64,000 bases of DNA from a virus. Location of the stretch: the IMG/VR virus record IMGVR_UViG_3300034105_001970; one strand, 5' to 3'. Positions within the stretch are counted from its first letter, which is position 1. The number at the start of each line of letters is the position of its first letter. The notes beneath the pieces are model-generated. The model had not been told where the DNA came from and made no database searches. It worked only from the letters and a program-made list of their open reading frames with translations. Positions 10,487 through 19,291 of the stretch are shown here, piece by piece. The translations under genes and the position numbers were made by a program.

Positions 10487-10803
10487 TACTTTTGAAAAAT
10501 TTATTAAATGAAGTTGTAACAAATAAAGAAATAATTTGTGACAAATGCAAGTGGTCTTGGGATATTATAGACGGTGGAAAAAATATCTATGTTTGTCACA
10601 AGTGTGGACATGATAATAAAAAAGTAAATGAAGAAGATGGACATGAAAACGATAGAGATATGGTAGTGGGTGTTGCAGAAATTGTGCATATGATTAGAGA
10701 TATGAAAAATAGAGAAGAAGTATTGCATTCTATGATTGAAAAATTCAATAAAGAGAATGTTATTTATAATAGAGGTGAATTTACAAAAATGTGTGGACTA
10801 TGA
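10483..10803 (+). CDS. zinc-ribbon protein
   Basis: CDKC...CHKCGH four-Cys ribbon near N-terminus. Confidence 0.4.
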   Translation: MILLKNLLNEVVTNKEIICDKCKWSWDIIDGGKNIYVCHKCGHDNKKVNEEDGHENDRDMVVGVAEIVHMIRDMKNREEVLHSMIEKFNKENVIYNRGEFTKMCGL

Positions 10804-11615
10804 TAAAGTTAAAAGATTTGTTAGAAGATACAGGTAAGCATTTAAATACAGGTCTTTCCGATACTGAAAAAACCGAAGCAGAACGTGATTTTAATCAACA
10901 TCACGCTACATCTACATACACTAAACATATGGGAGTACCTGCGGAAAAACATACCGTAGATTCTGATGATGGTGAACCAAATGAACCTGGTGCACAACAT
11001 TTATATAATAAAAACAAAGACAAAATAGATAGAGGATATGAGCCGGTTGATGGACATATTGAAGATGATAAGTTGAATGTAAAGGAATCAATGTTATTAA
11101 GAGATTTAATGGCAGAAGATAAGAAATTAAGAATATTTGATTTCGATGATACATTAGTAAAAACAAAATCATTTATTTTTGTAACACATAGAGGTGGAAA
11201 AAAATCTAAATTAAGTCCTGGGGAATATGCAGTTTATACACCAAAACAAGGTGACCAATTTGATTTTTCAGATTTCAACAATGTAAACGAACCCGAACAA
11301 ATACTGGGTTATACAAAATTACTTAAAAGATTTGTAAGTAGTGAAGGGGAACGTAGAGTAACTATATTAACTGCTCGTTCAGCATATGCACCTGTTAAAC
11401 AATACTTAAAAGATATTGGTATGGGTAGTATCTATGTAATGGCATTAGGTGATGCAGACCCACAAAAGAAAGCAAAGTACATTGAGGATATGATTAAAAA
11501 GGGATATGATGATATATTCTTTATAGATGATTCCCAAAAAAATATATCAGCAGTACAACAATTAGAAAAAAAATATCCAAACGTTAAATTTAGAATACAA
11601 TTAGCTAAGCTTTAA
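10791..11615 (+). CDS. HAD-superfamily phosphatase-like
   Basis: Motif I RIFDFDDTLV, motif II ILTARS, K..IFFIDDS motif III/IV. Confidence 0.45.
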   Translation: MWTMIKLKDLLEDTGKHLNTGLSDTEKTEAERDFNQHHATSTYTKHMGVPAEKHTVDSDDGEPNEPGAQHLYNKNKDKIDRGYEPVDGHIEDDKLNVKESMLLRDLMAEDKKLRIFDFDDTLVKTKSFIFVTHRGGKKSKLSPGEYAVYTPKQGDQFDFSDFNNVNEPEQILGYTKLLKRFVSSEGERRVTILTARSAYAPVKQYLKDIGMGSIYVMALGDADPQKKAKYIEDMIKKGYDDIFFIDDSQKNISAVQQLEKKYPNVKFRIQLAKL

Positions 11616-11653
11616 TTTGGTAATATAGTTTTTATTTATTAAATTAGTTATAT

Positions 11654-12415
11654 ATGAAAGGAATAAAGTTTTGGACAAAAGATGGTTTTGATGTTGCTAC
11701 CTGTAAATGGCGACTACACGAACGAGTTAATCAAAAATTTAATGGAAGTGGTTCAGACCAAAGTGGCAACTGCTGGTATACCTATAATGAATTAGGATAT
11801 AGAGGTGATTCTATTTACAAAGATGGATTTAGAATTATGAGTATTGGTGATTCACACACCGAAGGTGTTGGTGTTAACGATGAGGAAACATGGTCACATC
11901 AATTATGTAAACTTATACCGGGTGCAGTAGATTTGAATTTTGGATTTGGTGGTAGAAGTAATGACTATATTTTCAGATGTTTACAAACTTACTTTAAAAC
12001 AGCAAGACCACAATTAGTTAATATAATGTATACATATCCATCTCGAAAAGAATATTATACAGGTACTGGTGACTTAGAACCATTTCACGTTAATCCTTGG
12101 GGATATTTTTTAGAGGATGATTTGGGCAAAAAAGAGCATGCTGGTTTTTTAGAAATTACACAAGATGAAAATGATTTAATTAATTGGTATAAAAATCATC
12201 TATTGATTACATATTTTTGTAAATTAAATAATGTTCCTATGGTATGGAATGGTAGTTTCTTAAATGATACTACAATTAAGGAAGAAAATAGATTTGATGG
12301 TGATTATGACAATTTCATAGATAAATCGGCAGATATAAAACACGCTGGAGCAGAGCATAATAAAAAATATGCTAAAAAGTTGTATAATTTCTTAAAACAA
12401 AACGATGTCATTTAA
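11654..12415 (+). CDS. SGNH/GDSL-hydrolase-like paralogue
   Basis: IMSIGDSHTEGVGV block I and C-terminal GAEHNKKYAKKL. Confidence 0.35.
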   Translation: MKGIKFWTKDGFDVATCKWRLHERVNQKFNGSGSDQSGNCWYTYNELGYRGDSIYKDGFRIMSIGDSHTEGVGVNDEETWSHQLCKLIPGAVDLNFGFGGRSNDYIFRCLQTYFKTARPQLVNIMYTYPSRKEYYTGTGDLEPFHVNPWGYFLEDDLGKKEHAGFLEITQDENDLINWYKNHLLITYFCKLNNVPMVWNGSFLNDTTIKEENRFDGDYDNFIDKSADIKHAGAEHNKKYAKKLYNFLKQNDVI

Positions 12416-13247
12416 ATTTAAACAAATATATCTCAATGGTTGTTCGTTTATGTGGGGCATGGGACATTCTAATCCAAATACATTCCAATTTTTTGAAGAA
12501 ACAAACGATATAGATACATCACATCCTGTACATTATAACGGAAAAACACCATTTAATAATTACGATTGGGTTAGGCAAAAATTTAACATTGGTGGTAGAT
12601 TAAAAGAACATTATGGTATCAATGTAATAGATGAATCGATATATGGTGGTTCATTACAAAGAGCAGTTCGTAAAACAATGAATTGGATGCTAAATAATAA
12701 TGAATTAGTTAAAGATACTTTATTCATATTAGAGTGGCCGATTGGAGTTAGACGTGAAATGTATATTGAATTACAAAAACGATATGTAAATTATACGGCA
12801 AATTTTGATAACTACGATAGTATGGACCCGTATATTCATAGAGTATTAATTAATGAATTTGCACCAAACTTCTTTGCATCTGATATAGCTTTTTTAGAAG
12901 ATTTACATTCATTGATTGGCGTTATATCCTATATTAAACAAAATGGTGGTGAATATTTAATTTTATTAGATGAATTTCCGATAGAACAATTAAATGAAAC
13001 TACATTAAAATATGTAGGTGAAAATAAGATTAAAGATGTAATTGACAAATTAATACTACCAAATACTATAACATTTACACATAGTGATAAAGCAGATATA
13101 AAATCGTTGTTAGAATATTACAGAGATTATGAAAAAGCAACAATCACAAAAGATACAAATTCAGTAGAGGTGGATGAGCATAATTCAATTAGAGGTTCTA
13201 GACTTATTGCAGAACAAATAATAAAAAACATAAATGAACTTAGTTAA
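12405..13247 (+). CDS. SGNH/GDSL-hydrolase-like paralogue
   Basis: IYLNGCSFMWGMG block I variant and C-terminal VDEHNSIRGSRLIAEQI (block V-like). Confidence 0.4.
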   Translation: MSFKFKQIYLNGCSFMWGMGHSNPNTFQFFEETNDIDTSHPVHYNGKTPFNNYDWVRQKFNIGGRLKEHYGINVIDESIYGGSLQRAVRKTMNWMLNNNELVKDTLFILEWPIGVRREMYIELQKRYVNYTANFDNYDSMDPYIHRVLINEFAPNFFASDIAFLEDLHSLIGVISYIKQNGGEYLILLDEFPIEQLNETTLKYVGENKIKDVIDKLILPNTITFTHSDKADIKSLLEYYRDYEKATITKDTNSVEVDEHNSIRGSRLIAEQIIKNINELS

Positions 13248-13578
13248 AATTTTACAATCATTTCTGTTATTTACGGCAGGTGGATTTGGACATTGGTACA
13301 TTATGTATTGGCAATTTAAAACACCAAATTGGATTAAATCACCAATACCGTATCTATTAGCAGTAGTATGTACTTTCCTTTGGATTAAAGCATCCGAATA
13401 TGGTGTAGCTGGATTTGCTGGTAGTATGTGGAGTAATAGATTTTTATTCTTTGTTACGGGAGTATTTGTGGGTATTATACTATATCCATATCATTTCAAT
13501 CAACCATTTACACTCAAAGTATTGGTGCAGTGTGCGTTAGCGGTATCTATAATTTTAGTAAGTATTTTTTGGAAATAA
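13234..13578 (+). CDS. integral membrane protein (3-4 TM)
   Basis: Hydrophobic helices throughout 114 aa. Confidence 0.4.
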   Translation: MNLVKILQSFLLFTAGGFGHWYIMYWQFKTPNWIKSPIPYLLAVVCTFLWIKASEYGVAGFAGSMWSNRFLFFVTGVFVGIILYPYHFNQPFTLKVLVQCALAVSIILVSIFWK

Positions 13579-13599
13579 CAAAACTTAGTAGTATCTTTA
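13568..13599 (+). promoter_or_regulatory. Bacteroidota-type promoter
   Basis: TTTG-N20-TATCTTTAAGTATA (same extended -7 as 54869 and 58410 promoters). Confidence 0.5.
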
Positions 13600-13615
13600 A
13601 GTATAATTAATAATT

Positions 13616-13915
13616 ATGGCAAAAAAAGAAACGGACATTTATTTAGGTGGTGGTAGTAATATTAATATTAAAACTGCTAGTATAGTAAGTGTACAAAATA
13701 TTTTAAAGTTAATTACACCAAATGATGGTTCGATTCAATTAGATATAAAAATTGAAGCAGACTTTGATACTATACCTGCAAAATATCACGAGGTATTTTT
13801 AAATATGATATCAACAAAGTATTTGGATTCGGTATCGTTTGGAGATAATCCATTTAGTTTATGTCAACCACCACCAAAGAAAAAATGGTATCAATTTTGG
13901 AAATCTAAAATATAA
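13616..13915 (+). CDS. hypothetical protein
   Basis: ORF directly downstream of promoter 13568-13599. Confidence 0.35.
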   Translation: MAKKETDIYLGGGSNINIKTASIVSVQNILKLITPNDGSIQLDIKIEADFDTIPAKYHEVFLNMISTKYLDSVSFGDNPFSLCQPPPKKKWYQFWKSKI

Positions 13916-14062
13916 TTATGGAATATTTCGCAATAGGTATAATAGGAACAGGTTTATGGATGGCTTTCGAAATTTGGAGAGCACCATTAGTAGACCAAAA
14001 TGAAAATATAATTATGCCCGCAAAAAAATTAAAAGATTTATTTAAACGTAAACAGAAATAAT

Positions 14063-14380
14063 ATGAAAAAATTCTTTGGACCATTATTGACAGCAGGAAC
14101 ATTATTAGCATTACTATATACCGTCTATGGATATAGAGAACAAAATGAAAAATTAAAGAATGAATTAAATACAATATCACCTGGTTTTTTAGAAGGTGGT
14201 GATATTGAAAAAGCAAAATATATCGATTCATTAACAAATTTAATTGATTCATTACATGATGAGGCATTTATTTCCAATAATACATTAGGTAGATATGAAA
14301 TAAGTTTACAAAATTTAGAGGAAGTAAATCCAAAAGCAGCAAAACAATTCAATGATTTTTTAACAAATGAAACAGAATAA
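14063..14380 (+). CDS. signal/TM-anchored coiled-coil protein
   Basis: N-terminal hydrophobic segment then KLKNELN heptads. Confidence 0.35.
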   Translation: MKKFFGPLLTAGTLLALLYTVYGYREQNEKLKNELNTISPGFLEGGDIEKAKYIDSLTNLIDSLHDEAFISNNTLGRYEISLQNLEEVNPKAAKQFNDFLTNETE

Positions 14381-14672
14381 TATGGAAACGCAAAATTCAG
14401 TAGGAACAGATATGGGTGGCAGTTATGATTCAGTTCATAAATTATACGAAGATTGTATAATGTGTAGTAAAGAAACTACAATATTAAAATCAACACATGT
14501 AGATTTTAGATATGGTTATGTAGATGGAGCAGGACAATTATGTAGAGAATGTTATTTAGGTGAAGATAGAAATCTTATTACAATAAATAGTAGAACAATT
14601 TTAGATACACCCAACGATGCTGAATTAGGAGCTAAGGTTAGACAGGTGTATTGGGATATTAAAAACAATTAA
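14367..14672 (+). CDS. hypothetical Cys4 zinc-finger protein
   Basis: CIMC ... CREC pairs. Confidence 0.35.
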   Translation: MKQNNMETQNSVGTDMGGSYDSVHKLYEDCIMCSKETTILKSTHVDFRYGYVDGAGQLCRECYLGEDRNLITINSRTILDTPNDAELGAKVRQVYWDIKNN

Positions 14673-14690
14673 TAAACAAAACCAAAAATT

Positions 14691-14873
14691 ATGGCAAGTA
14701 AAAAAGAAGAAATTTTTGAAGCAATCAAATCATTGTTTCTAAAATTTGAAGAAGAACACAACAAGACAACAAAAGTATCTCAAAAGAATGCAAGAACTGC
14801 AATCGGTGACTTAAAGAAATTAGTAACTGATTATAGACAAGCTTCGGTAGAAGAAACTAAAAGTTCAAACTAA
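14691..14873 (+). CDS. hypothetical small protein
   Basis: 60-aa ORF ending just before terminator 14880-14908. Confidence 0.3.
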   Translation: MASKKEEIFEAIKSLFLKFEEEHNKTTKVSQKNARTAIGDLKKLVTDYRQASVEETKSSN

Positions 14874-14879
14874 TAAAAC

Positions 14880-14908
14880 ACCCTCACCTTAAAAGTGGGG
14901 GTTTTTTA
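14880..14908 (+). terminator. intrinsic terminator
   Basis: ACCCTCA / TGGGGGT stem (one G.U), 9-nt loop, then TTTTTT. Confidence 0.6.
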
Positions 14909-14929
14909 TATTCGTATATATTTATATGT

Positions 14930-15568
14930 ATGAAAAAATTAGTATTACTTGTTACGATTTGTGTATTTTTTGCAATAGGTGGTAGAGCACAAGATGTAGT
15001 TATTTTGAAACATACAAACTATACATCACATTTTAGTAAGTCAAAAAAATATCCAGTAATGGTAGAGTGGTGGGAAACTAAAGCAAAAGTTGGTTGTCCA
15101 AATCCATTACCTAGAAGAGATGCATTTCAGCCAGACCCACAAGCAATACTTGAAACCGATATTAAAGCAGACTATGTAGGTAGTGGATATGATAGAGGAC
15201 ATATGAGTCCTGCAGCATCCAATCAATGTCAAACGGCAGGTGTTCAAATTGAATCGTTCTATATGAGTAATATGTCGGCACAAACACATAGACTAAATGC
15301 AGGAGATTGGAAATCATTAGAAGTAATGACTAGAGAGTGGGCAGTGAAAGATGATTCGGTTCATATATGGGCAGGTAATGTGGGAGAGATAAAAAAGATA
15401 GGTAAAGTATCAGTTCCAAAACAATGTTGGAAAGTGGTTTACTATAAAAAATCAAATGAATGGATGGCTTTCTTATTTGAGAATGACCAATCTAAACCCG
15501 ATGGAATATATAATAACAAAGTTGAATTAGTTGATATAGAAAAATTGACTGGGTTGAAGTTTAAATAA
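14930..15568 (+). CDS. secreted DNA/RNA non-specific endonuclease (His-Me finger, Serratia NucA family)
   Basis: Signal peptide MKKLVLLVTICVFFAIGGRAQ; catalytic YDRGHMSPAASNQ (DRGH) motif. Confidence 0.75.
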   Translation: MKKLVLLVTICVFFAIGGRAQDVVILKHTNYTSHFSKSKKYPVMVEWWETKAKVGCPNPLPRRDAFQPDPQAILETDIKADYVGSGYDRGHMSPAASNQCQTAGVQIESFYMSNMSAQTHRLNAGDWKSLEVMTREWAVKDDSVHIWAGNVGEIKKIGKVSVPKQCWKVVYYKKSNEWMAFLFENDQSKPDGIYNNKVELVDIEKLTGLKFK

Positions 15569-15572
15569 GTTT

Positions 15573-16199
15573 ATGGAAAATGAAGGTTTCTTTCCCAATT
15601 TAGATGAAACATATAAAAAAGTAGATAACTCATCTAGGGGAACATTAAAAAGAGGATTAGGTAGTAGACAATTATTAGCAGCCGAAATTACGGAAGCACA
15701 AGGTAGGTCTCGTTCGGCAAAAGATACGGCAAGGACATTGGGTGTATCATACAACACATATAAAAAATATGCAAAGATGTATGGTATATTTGAAATTGAT
15801 TATAACCCTACGAATGTTCCTATTGAACGTAGATTAAAGCTGACGGTTGGTAAATACCCTTTAAGTGAGATTCTACAAGGTATGCATCCGAACTATCCTA
15901 TCTATAAGCTAAAGAGGAGATTGATTAAAAATGATGTGTTTCCTGAACAATGTAGCTGTTGTGGGTTTGAGGAAGTAAGAGTAACGGATGGTAAAGCACC
16001 CCTATTATTAGATTTCTTTGATGGTAATTGGCAGAACCATAAATTAGAAAATCTAAGATTTCTATGTTATAATTGTTTCTTTCTACTAATAGGTAAAAGA
16101 AAAATACCAAAAGATGGTCAATATGTGGAGCAGGGTATAGTGGGTGATGAGGATGAAGAAGAAAATATAGAAGAAGATTTGGAAGATTCAGAAATTTAA
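15573..16199 (+). CDS. HTH domain plus HNH endonuclease-like protein with acidic tail
   Basis: CSCCG...DGNWQNHKLENLRFLCYNCF (CxxC..NH..N..LCxxC HNH pattern); upstream helix-turn-helix-like segment. Confidence 0.45.
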   Translation: MENEGFFPNLDETYKKVDNSSRGTLKRGLGSRQLLAAEITEAQGRSRSAKDTARTLGVSYNTYKKYAKMYGIFEIDYNPTNVPIERRLKLTVGKYPLSEILQGMHPNYPIYKLKRRLIKNDVFPEQCSCCGFEEVRVTDGKAPLLLDFFDGNWQNHKLENLRFLCYNCFFLLIGKRKIPKDGQYVEQGIVGDEDEEENIEEDLEDSEI

Positions 16200-16210
16200 T
16201 GTATCTTTAA
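16179..16210 (+). promoter_or_regulatory. Bacteroidota-type promoter (inside 3' end of HNH gene)
   Basis: TTTG-N20-TATCTTTA. Confidence 0.45.
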
Positions 16211-16237
16211 TTTATAAACAAACTAAAAATAAAAGTT

Positions 16238-16465
16238 ATGGCAAAGTATTATGAAGTACAAGTAACGATGCACCACGAAGTAGATAATGGTAAAGGTGTA
16301 TCTAAAATTAAGAAAACAAAAGAAAACTATTTAGTAGATGCAATGAGTGTAACCGAAGCAGAAGCTAGAGTAGTTAAATTATTCGTAGATTCAGCGATTA
16401 ACGTTGATTATGAAGTAACCGGTGCTAAAGAAAGTAAAATTATTGAAGTAGTAAACGCTGAATAA
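16238..16465 (+). CDS. hypothetical small protein
   Basis: Driven by promoter 16179-16210 located inside previous gene's 3' end. Confidence 0.35.
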   Translation: MAKYYEVQVTMHHEVDNGKGVSKIKKTKENYLVDAMSVTEAEARVVKLFVDSAINVDYEVTGAKESKIIEVVNAE

Positions 16466-16467
16466 TT

Positions 16468-16707
16468 ATGGCAACTGAAACAAACCCGATAGTAGTTCTT
16501 AAAAGAATTGCACCTGGAGATAGATGGGTATTTGCAGATAGAAAAACAACAATTTATCCATCACTTACCGATGCATTAGAAGCGTATTATCAAGTTAATG
16601 GTGATACACAATATTTTATAGATGCAAGAGATGGGACAGTTAGTGTGTTTGAAGTTAAAGAATACGATGAACCAATAAAAACATTCTCATTATATGGTGA
16701 AGACTGA
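16468..16707 (+). CDS. hypothetical small protein
   Basis: 79-aa ORF, 2-nt spacing from upstream. Confidence 0.35.
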   Translation: MATETNPIVVLKRIAPGDRWVFADRKTTIYPSLTDALEAYYQVNGDTQYFIDARDGTVSVFEVKEYDEPIKTFSLYGED

Positions 16708-17062
16708 TAATAATTATAAAACCATCTTTTCTGATATAGATGGTACTTTAATAGAGCAAGTTAGATTTGAAGATTTAGACCCAAATGTAGTGACTGTACT
16801 ACCGGGTGTTAGTGAAAAAATGAATGAATGGTATGAAGCCGGCCATCACATTGTATTAACTACGGCTCGTCCTTGGGATTTAGAATTGATAACTAAAATG
16901 CAAATGATAACCGCTGGTATTCGTTATCATCAATTATTAATGGGTATTGGTAGACAAGAACGATACTTAATTAATAATAGTGAAAAACTAACACCGGATG
17001 TAAGTAGAGCAATTGGAATCTCAGTAAAAAGAGATGAAGGCTTTGGGAATATTACAATATGA
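16694..17062 (+). CDS. small HAD-like phosphatase (candidate heptose bisphosphate phosphatase, GmhB-like role)
   Basis: IFSDIDGTLIE motif I and VLTTARP motif II; translationally coupled to the HldC-like gene. Confidence 0.4.
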   Translation: MVKTDNNYKTIFSDIDGTLIEQVRFEDLDPNVVTVLPGVSEKMNEWYEAGHHIVLTTARPWDLELITKMQMITAGIRYHQLLMGIGRQERYLINNSEKLTPDVSRAIGISVKRDEGFGNITI

Positions 17063-17475
17063 TAAAAGTTTGGGTAAACGGAACATTTGATATAGTCCAT
17101 TTAGGACATGTTCAGCTCTTAAAGAAAGCAGCCGACTTAGGCGATTTCCTAATCGTAGGACTTGATGGTGATAAACGAGTTAAAGAATTAAAAGGTGAAC
17201 AAAGACCTATAAATAATTTAGTAAGTAGAATTACACTATTAGAGGCTATTAGATATGTAGATAGAGTTGTAGCATTTGATTCAGATGAGCAATTAGAAAC
17301 ACTTATCAAAACCATGAGACCTGCAATAATGGTTATAGGTGAGGAATACAAAGGTAAAAAAATTATAGGAAGTGAATATGTTGGTGAAATTGTATATTTT
17401 CCTAAAATGGAAGGATTCAGTTCTACTAATGTTATAAATCAATTATATAATGGCAAAGGTAACGGAGTGTTGTAA
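17059..17475 (+). CDS. nucleotidyltransferase, RfaE domain II / HldC-like (heptose-1-phosphate adenylyltransferase family)
   Basis: VWVNGTFDIVHLGH (HxGH), KELKGEQRPI, RYVDRVVAF, GEEY, EGFSSTN align along the whole length with RfaE-II/TagD cytidylyltransferases. Confidence 0.75.
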   Translation: MIKVWVNGTFDIVHLGHVQLLKKAADLGDFLIVGLDGDKRVKELKGEQRPINNLVSRITLLEAIRYVDRVVAFDSDEQLETLIKTMRPAIMVIGEEYKGKKIIGSEYVGEIVYFPKMEGFSSTNVINQLYNGKGNGVL

Positions 17476-17812
17476 AATACCAAAAGGTTGGGGACATGAA
17501 TTAATAATCTACAATGATGAAAAATATTGTGGAAAAGTATTAGTGTTTAAAGAAGGATGTAAGTTCTCTATGCATTATCATATGTTGAAACAAGAAACTT
17601 GGTATGTAAACAAAGGTAGTTTTATTTACAAATGGATAGATACTGAACGAGGGATTACCGAAGAAACTACTTTAAAGGTAGGAGATGTAGTTACTCAATA
17701 TCCAGGACAACCACATCAATTGATAGCATTAGAAGATGGTGAAGTATTTGAAGTAAGTACGGAACATTTTGATTCAGATAGTTATAGAATATACAAAGGT
17801 GATATATTATGA
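17450..17812 (+). CDS. cupin-domain protein (possible sugar isomerase/epimerase)
   Basis: G-x5-HxH-x4-E-x6-G (GCKFSMHYHMLKQETWYVNKG) and second cupin motif GDVVTQYPGQPH. Confidence 0.5.
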   Translation: MAKVTECCKIPKGWGHELIIYNDEKYCGKVLVFKEGCKFSMHYHMLKQETWYVNKGSFIYKWIDTERGITEETTLKVGDVVTQYPGQPHQLIALEDGEVFEVSTEHFDSDSYRIYKGDIL

Positions 17813-18126
17813 GTTTTATAATTACGTCTAGTTGTATCAGTTGTATCGATGGTGGGTGTTTAAAAGTTTGTCCTATGGATTGTATACATGGACCGATAAA
17901 TACGACAGGAATGGGATTAGAATCGATTGGAATGAGTGATGAGGATAAGAAAGGTAAACAATTATACATAAATCCAATAGAATGTATAGATTGTAGTGCT
18001 TGTTTACCGGAATGTCCCGTTGATGCCATTGTTTCTAGTGAGGAAATAGCTATACAAATGGGTGAGCGTCAATCAGTTATCGATAATTACGCATTTTTTG
18101 GGTTAAAATATTTGGAAAATCAATAA
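17809..18126 (+). CDS. 4Fe-4S dicluster ferredoxin-like protein
   Basis: CISCIDGGCLKVCP and CIDCSACLPECP cysteine motifs. Confidence 0.6.
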   Translation: MSFIITSSCISCIDGGCLKVCPMDCIHGPINTTGMGLESIGMSDEDKKGKQLYINPIECIDCSACLPECPVDAIVSSEEIAIQMGERQSVIDNYAFFGLKYLENQ

Positions 18127-18142
18127 ACCTTTCGTATCTTTA
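18111..18142 (+). promoter_or_regulatory. Bacteroidota-type promoter
   Basis: TTTG(18111)-N20-TATCTTTA(18135), 35 nt upstream of ATG 18175. Confidence 0.5.
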
Positions 18143-18174
18143 AGATATATTTATAATTAAACAAAACAAAAATT

Positions 18175-18423
18175 ATGGGATTATTTACATTCATTAAAGG
18201 ATTGTTTGCAAAAGCAACCGAATTAGAAAAACAAGTAGATTCATTTGTATCAGACGTAGCTAAAGTAGCACCAGATACCGCAACTAATTTAAGAAGCGAT
18301 TTGAACAAAGTTAAAAACGTTAAAAAAGTAGCTGAAGTTAAAGTAGCTGAAGTTGAGGCTAAAGTTAAAAAAGCAACGGCTAAAGTACCTACAACTAGTG
18401 CAAAAAAGAAAACAACCAAATAA
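18175..18423 (+). CDS. lysine/alanine-rich small protein (possible nucleic-acid binding)
   Basis: C-terminal KVKNVKKVAEVKVAEVEAKVKKATAK repeats. Confidence 0.4.
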   Translation: MGLFTFIKGLFAKATELEKQVDSFVSDVAKVAPDTATNLRSDLNKVKNVKKVAEVKVAEVEAKVKKATAKVPTTSAKKKTTK

Positions 18424-18455
18424 TTTGGTAGTTTCGAATATATTAAGTATCTTAG
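18424..18455 (+). promoter_or_regulatory. Bacteroidota-type promoter
   Basis: aTTTGGTAg -33 box, 20-nt spacer, TATCTTAG -7-like box. Confidence 0.4.
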
Positions 18456-18494
18456 ACATATAAACATTAAATAACAATAACAAAAACAAAACAA

Positions 18495-18653
18495 ATGAAA
18501 AAAATGTTAGCAATTGTTGCTATCGCATCTTTAACAGCATGTGGTGGAGCAACAACAACAGAAGTGAAAACGGATTCAACGTCAGTTCAAACCGATTCAA
18601 CATCAGTAGTTACGGATTCTACAAAAGTAGATTCTACAATTACTACTAAGTAA
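18495..18653 (+). CDS. small lipoprotein with DST repeats (52 aa; not in ORF track)
   Basis: MKKMLAIVAIASLTAC lipobox signal, then (T/V)DSTxV repeats; followed by strong terminator. Confidence 0.3.
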   Translation: MKKMLAIVAIASLTACGGATTTEVKTDSTSVQTDSTSVVTDSTKVDSTITTK

Positions 18654-18662
18654 TTTATATAA

Positions 18663-18689
18663 AGGGGATAAGAAATTATCCCCTTTTTT
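18663..18689 (+). terminator. intrinsic terminator
   Basis: GGGGATAA-GAAA-TTATCCCC perfect 8-bp stem with GNRA-like loop then TTTTTT. Confidence 0.7.
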
Positions 18690-18706
18690 ATTTATGGGGG
18701 TAACCA

Positions 18707-19144
18707 ATGATTAAATGGAAACGTGATATGCAAGAGAGTTACAATTTATATTTAGATGATATTAGAGAACCTAAAGCATCCTTTAAAAAAAGTGGTGATA
18801 GTAGGTATAAAGATTTAAAATGGAAAGTAGTTAGGTCTTATGGTGAATTTATAGGAACAATCGCACTTAATGGCCTCCCTAATATTGTATCGTTTGACCA
18901 CGATTTAGGTGAGGAACATATAAACTACTATTTTGATAATGGTGGTAGAGAAAATCCACCTGACCCATTAAAAGCAGATTTCAAAGAAAAAACGGGATAT
19001 GATTGTGCAAAATGGTTAATTGAATATTGTAGTGAAAATGGTTTACCAATGCCTACATATTTAATACATTCAGCAAATCCGGTAGGTGCTGAAAACATTA
19101 GGTCTATATTGAATAGATACAACGAAATACACCAATTTACCTAA
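18707..19144 (+). CDS. hypothetical protein
   Basis: 145-aa ORF; stop followed at +4 by 13-nt palindrome ATTGATAATCAAT. Confidence 0.4.
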   Translation: MIKWKRDMQESYNLYLDDIREPKASFKKSGDSRYKDLKWKVVRSYGEFIGTIALNGLPNIVSFDHDLGEEHINYYFDNGGRENPPDPLKADFKEKTGYDCAKWLIEYCSENGLPMPTYLIHSANPVGAENIRSILNRYNEIHQFT

Positions 19145-19147
19145 CTA

Positions 19148-19160
19148 ATTGATAATCAAT
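19148..19160. promoter_or_regulatory. 13-nt perfect palindrome ATTGATAATCAAT (operator-like)
   Basis: Same palindrome family recurs at 22023, 30042, 30067, 38530; flanking AACTAATTGATwATCAATG is conserved between the 19148 and 22023 copies. Confidence 0.4.
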
Positions 19161-19236
19161 GACTTATCTATATTAGAATAAACGCTAATGTGTAACTAAC
19201 TGAATATCAGTACCTTACAAAATACTTTCCAAAATG

Positions 19237-19268
19237 TTTGGCGGTTTCAGATATTTATCGTATCTTTA
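19237..19268 (+). promoter_or_regulatory. Bacteroidota-type promoter
   Basis: TTTG-N20-TATCTTTA; lies inside track ORF 19238, so the true start is probably ATG 19292. Confidence 0.45.
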
Positions 19269-19291
19269 TGTTTCATCAAACAATAATAATT

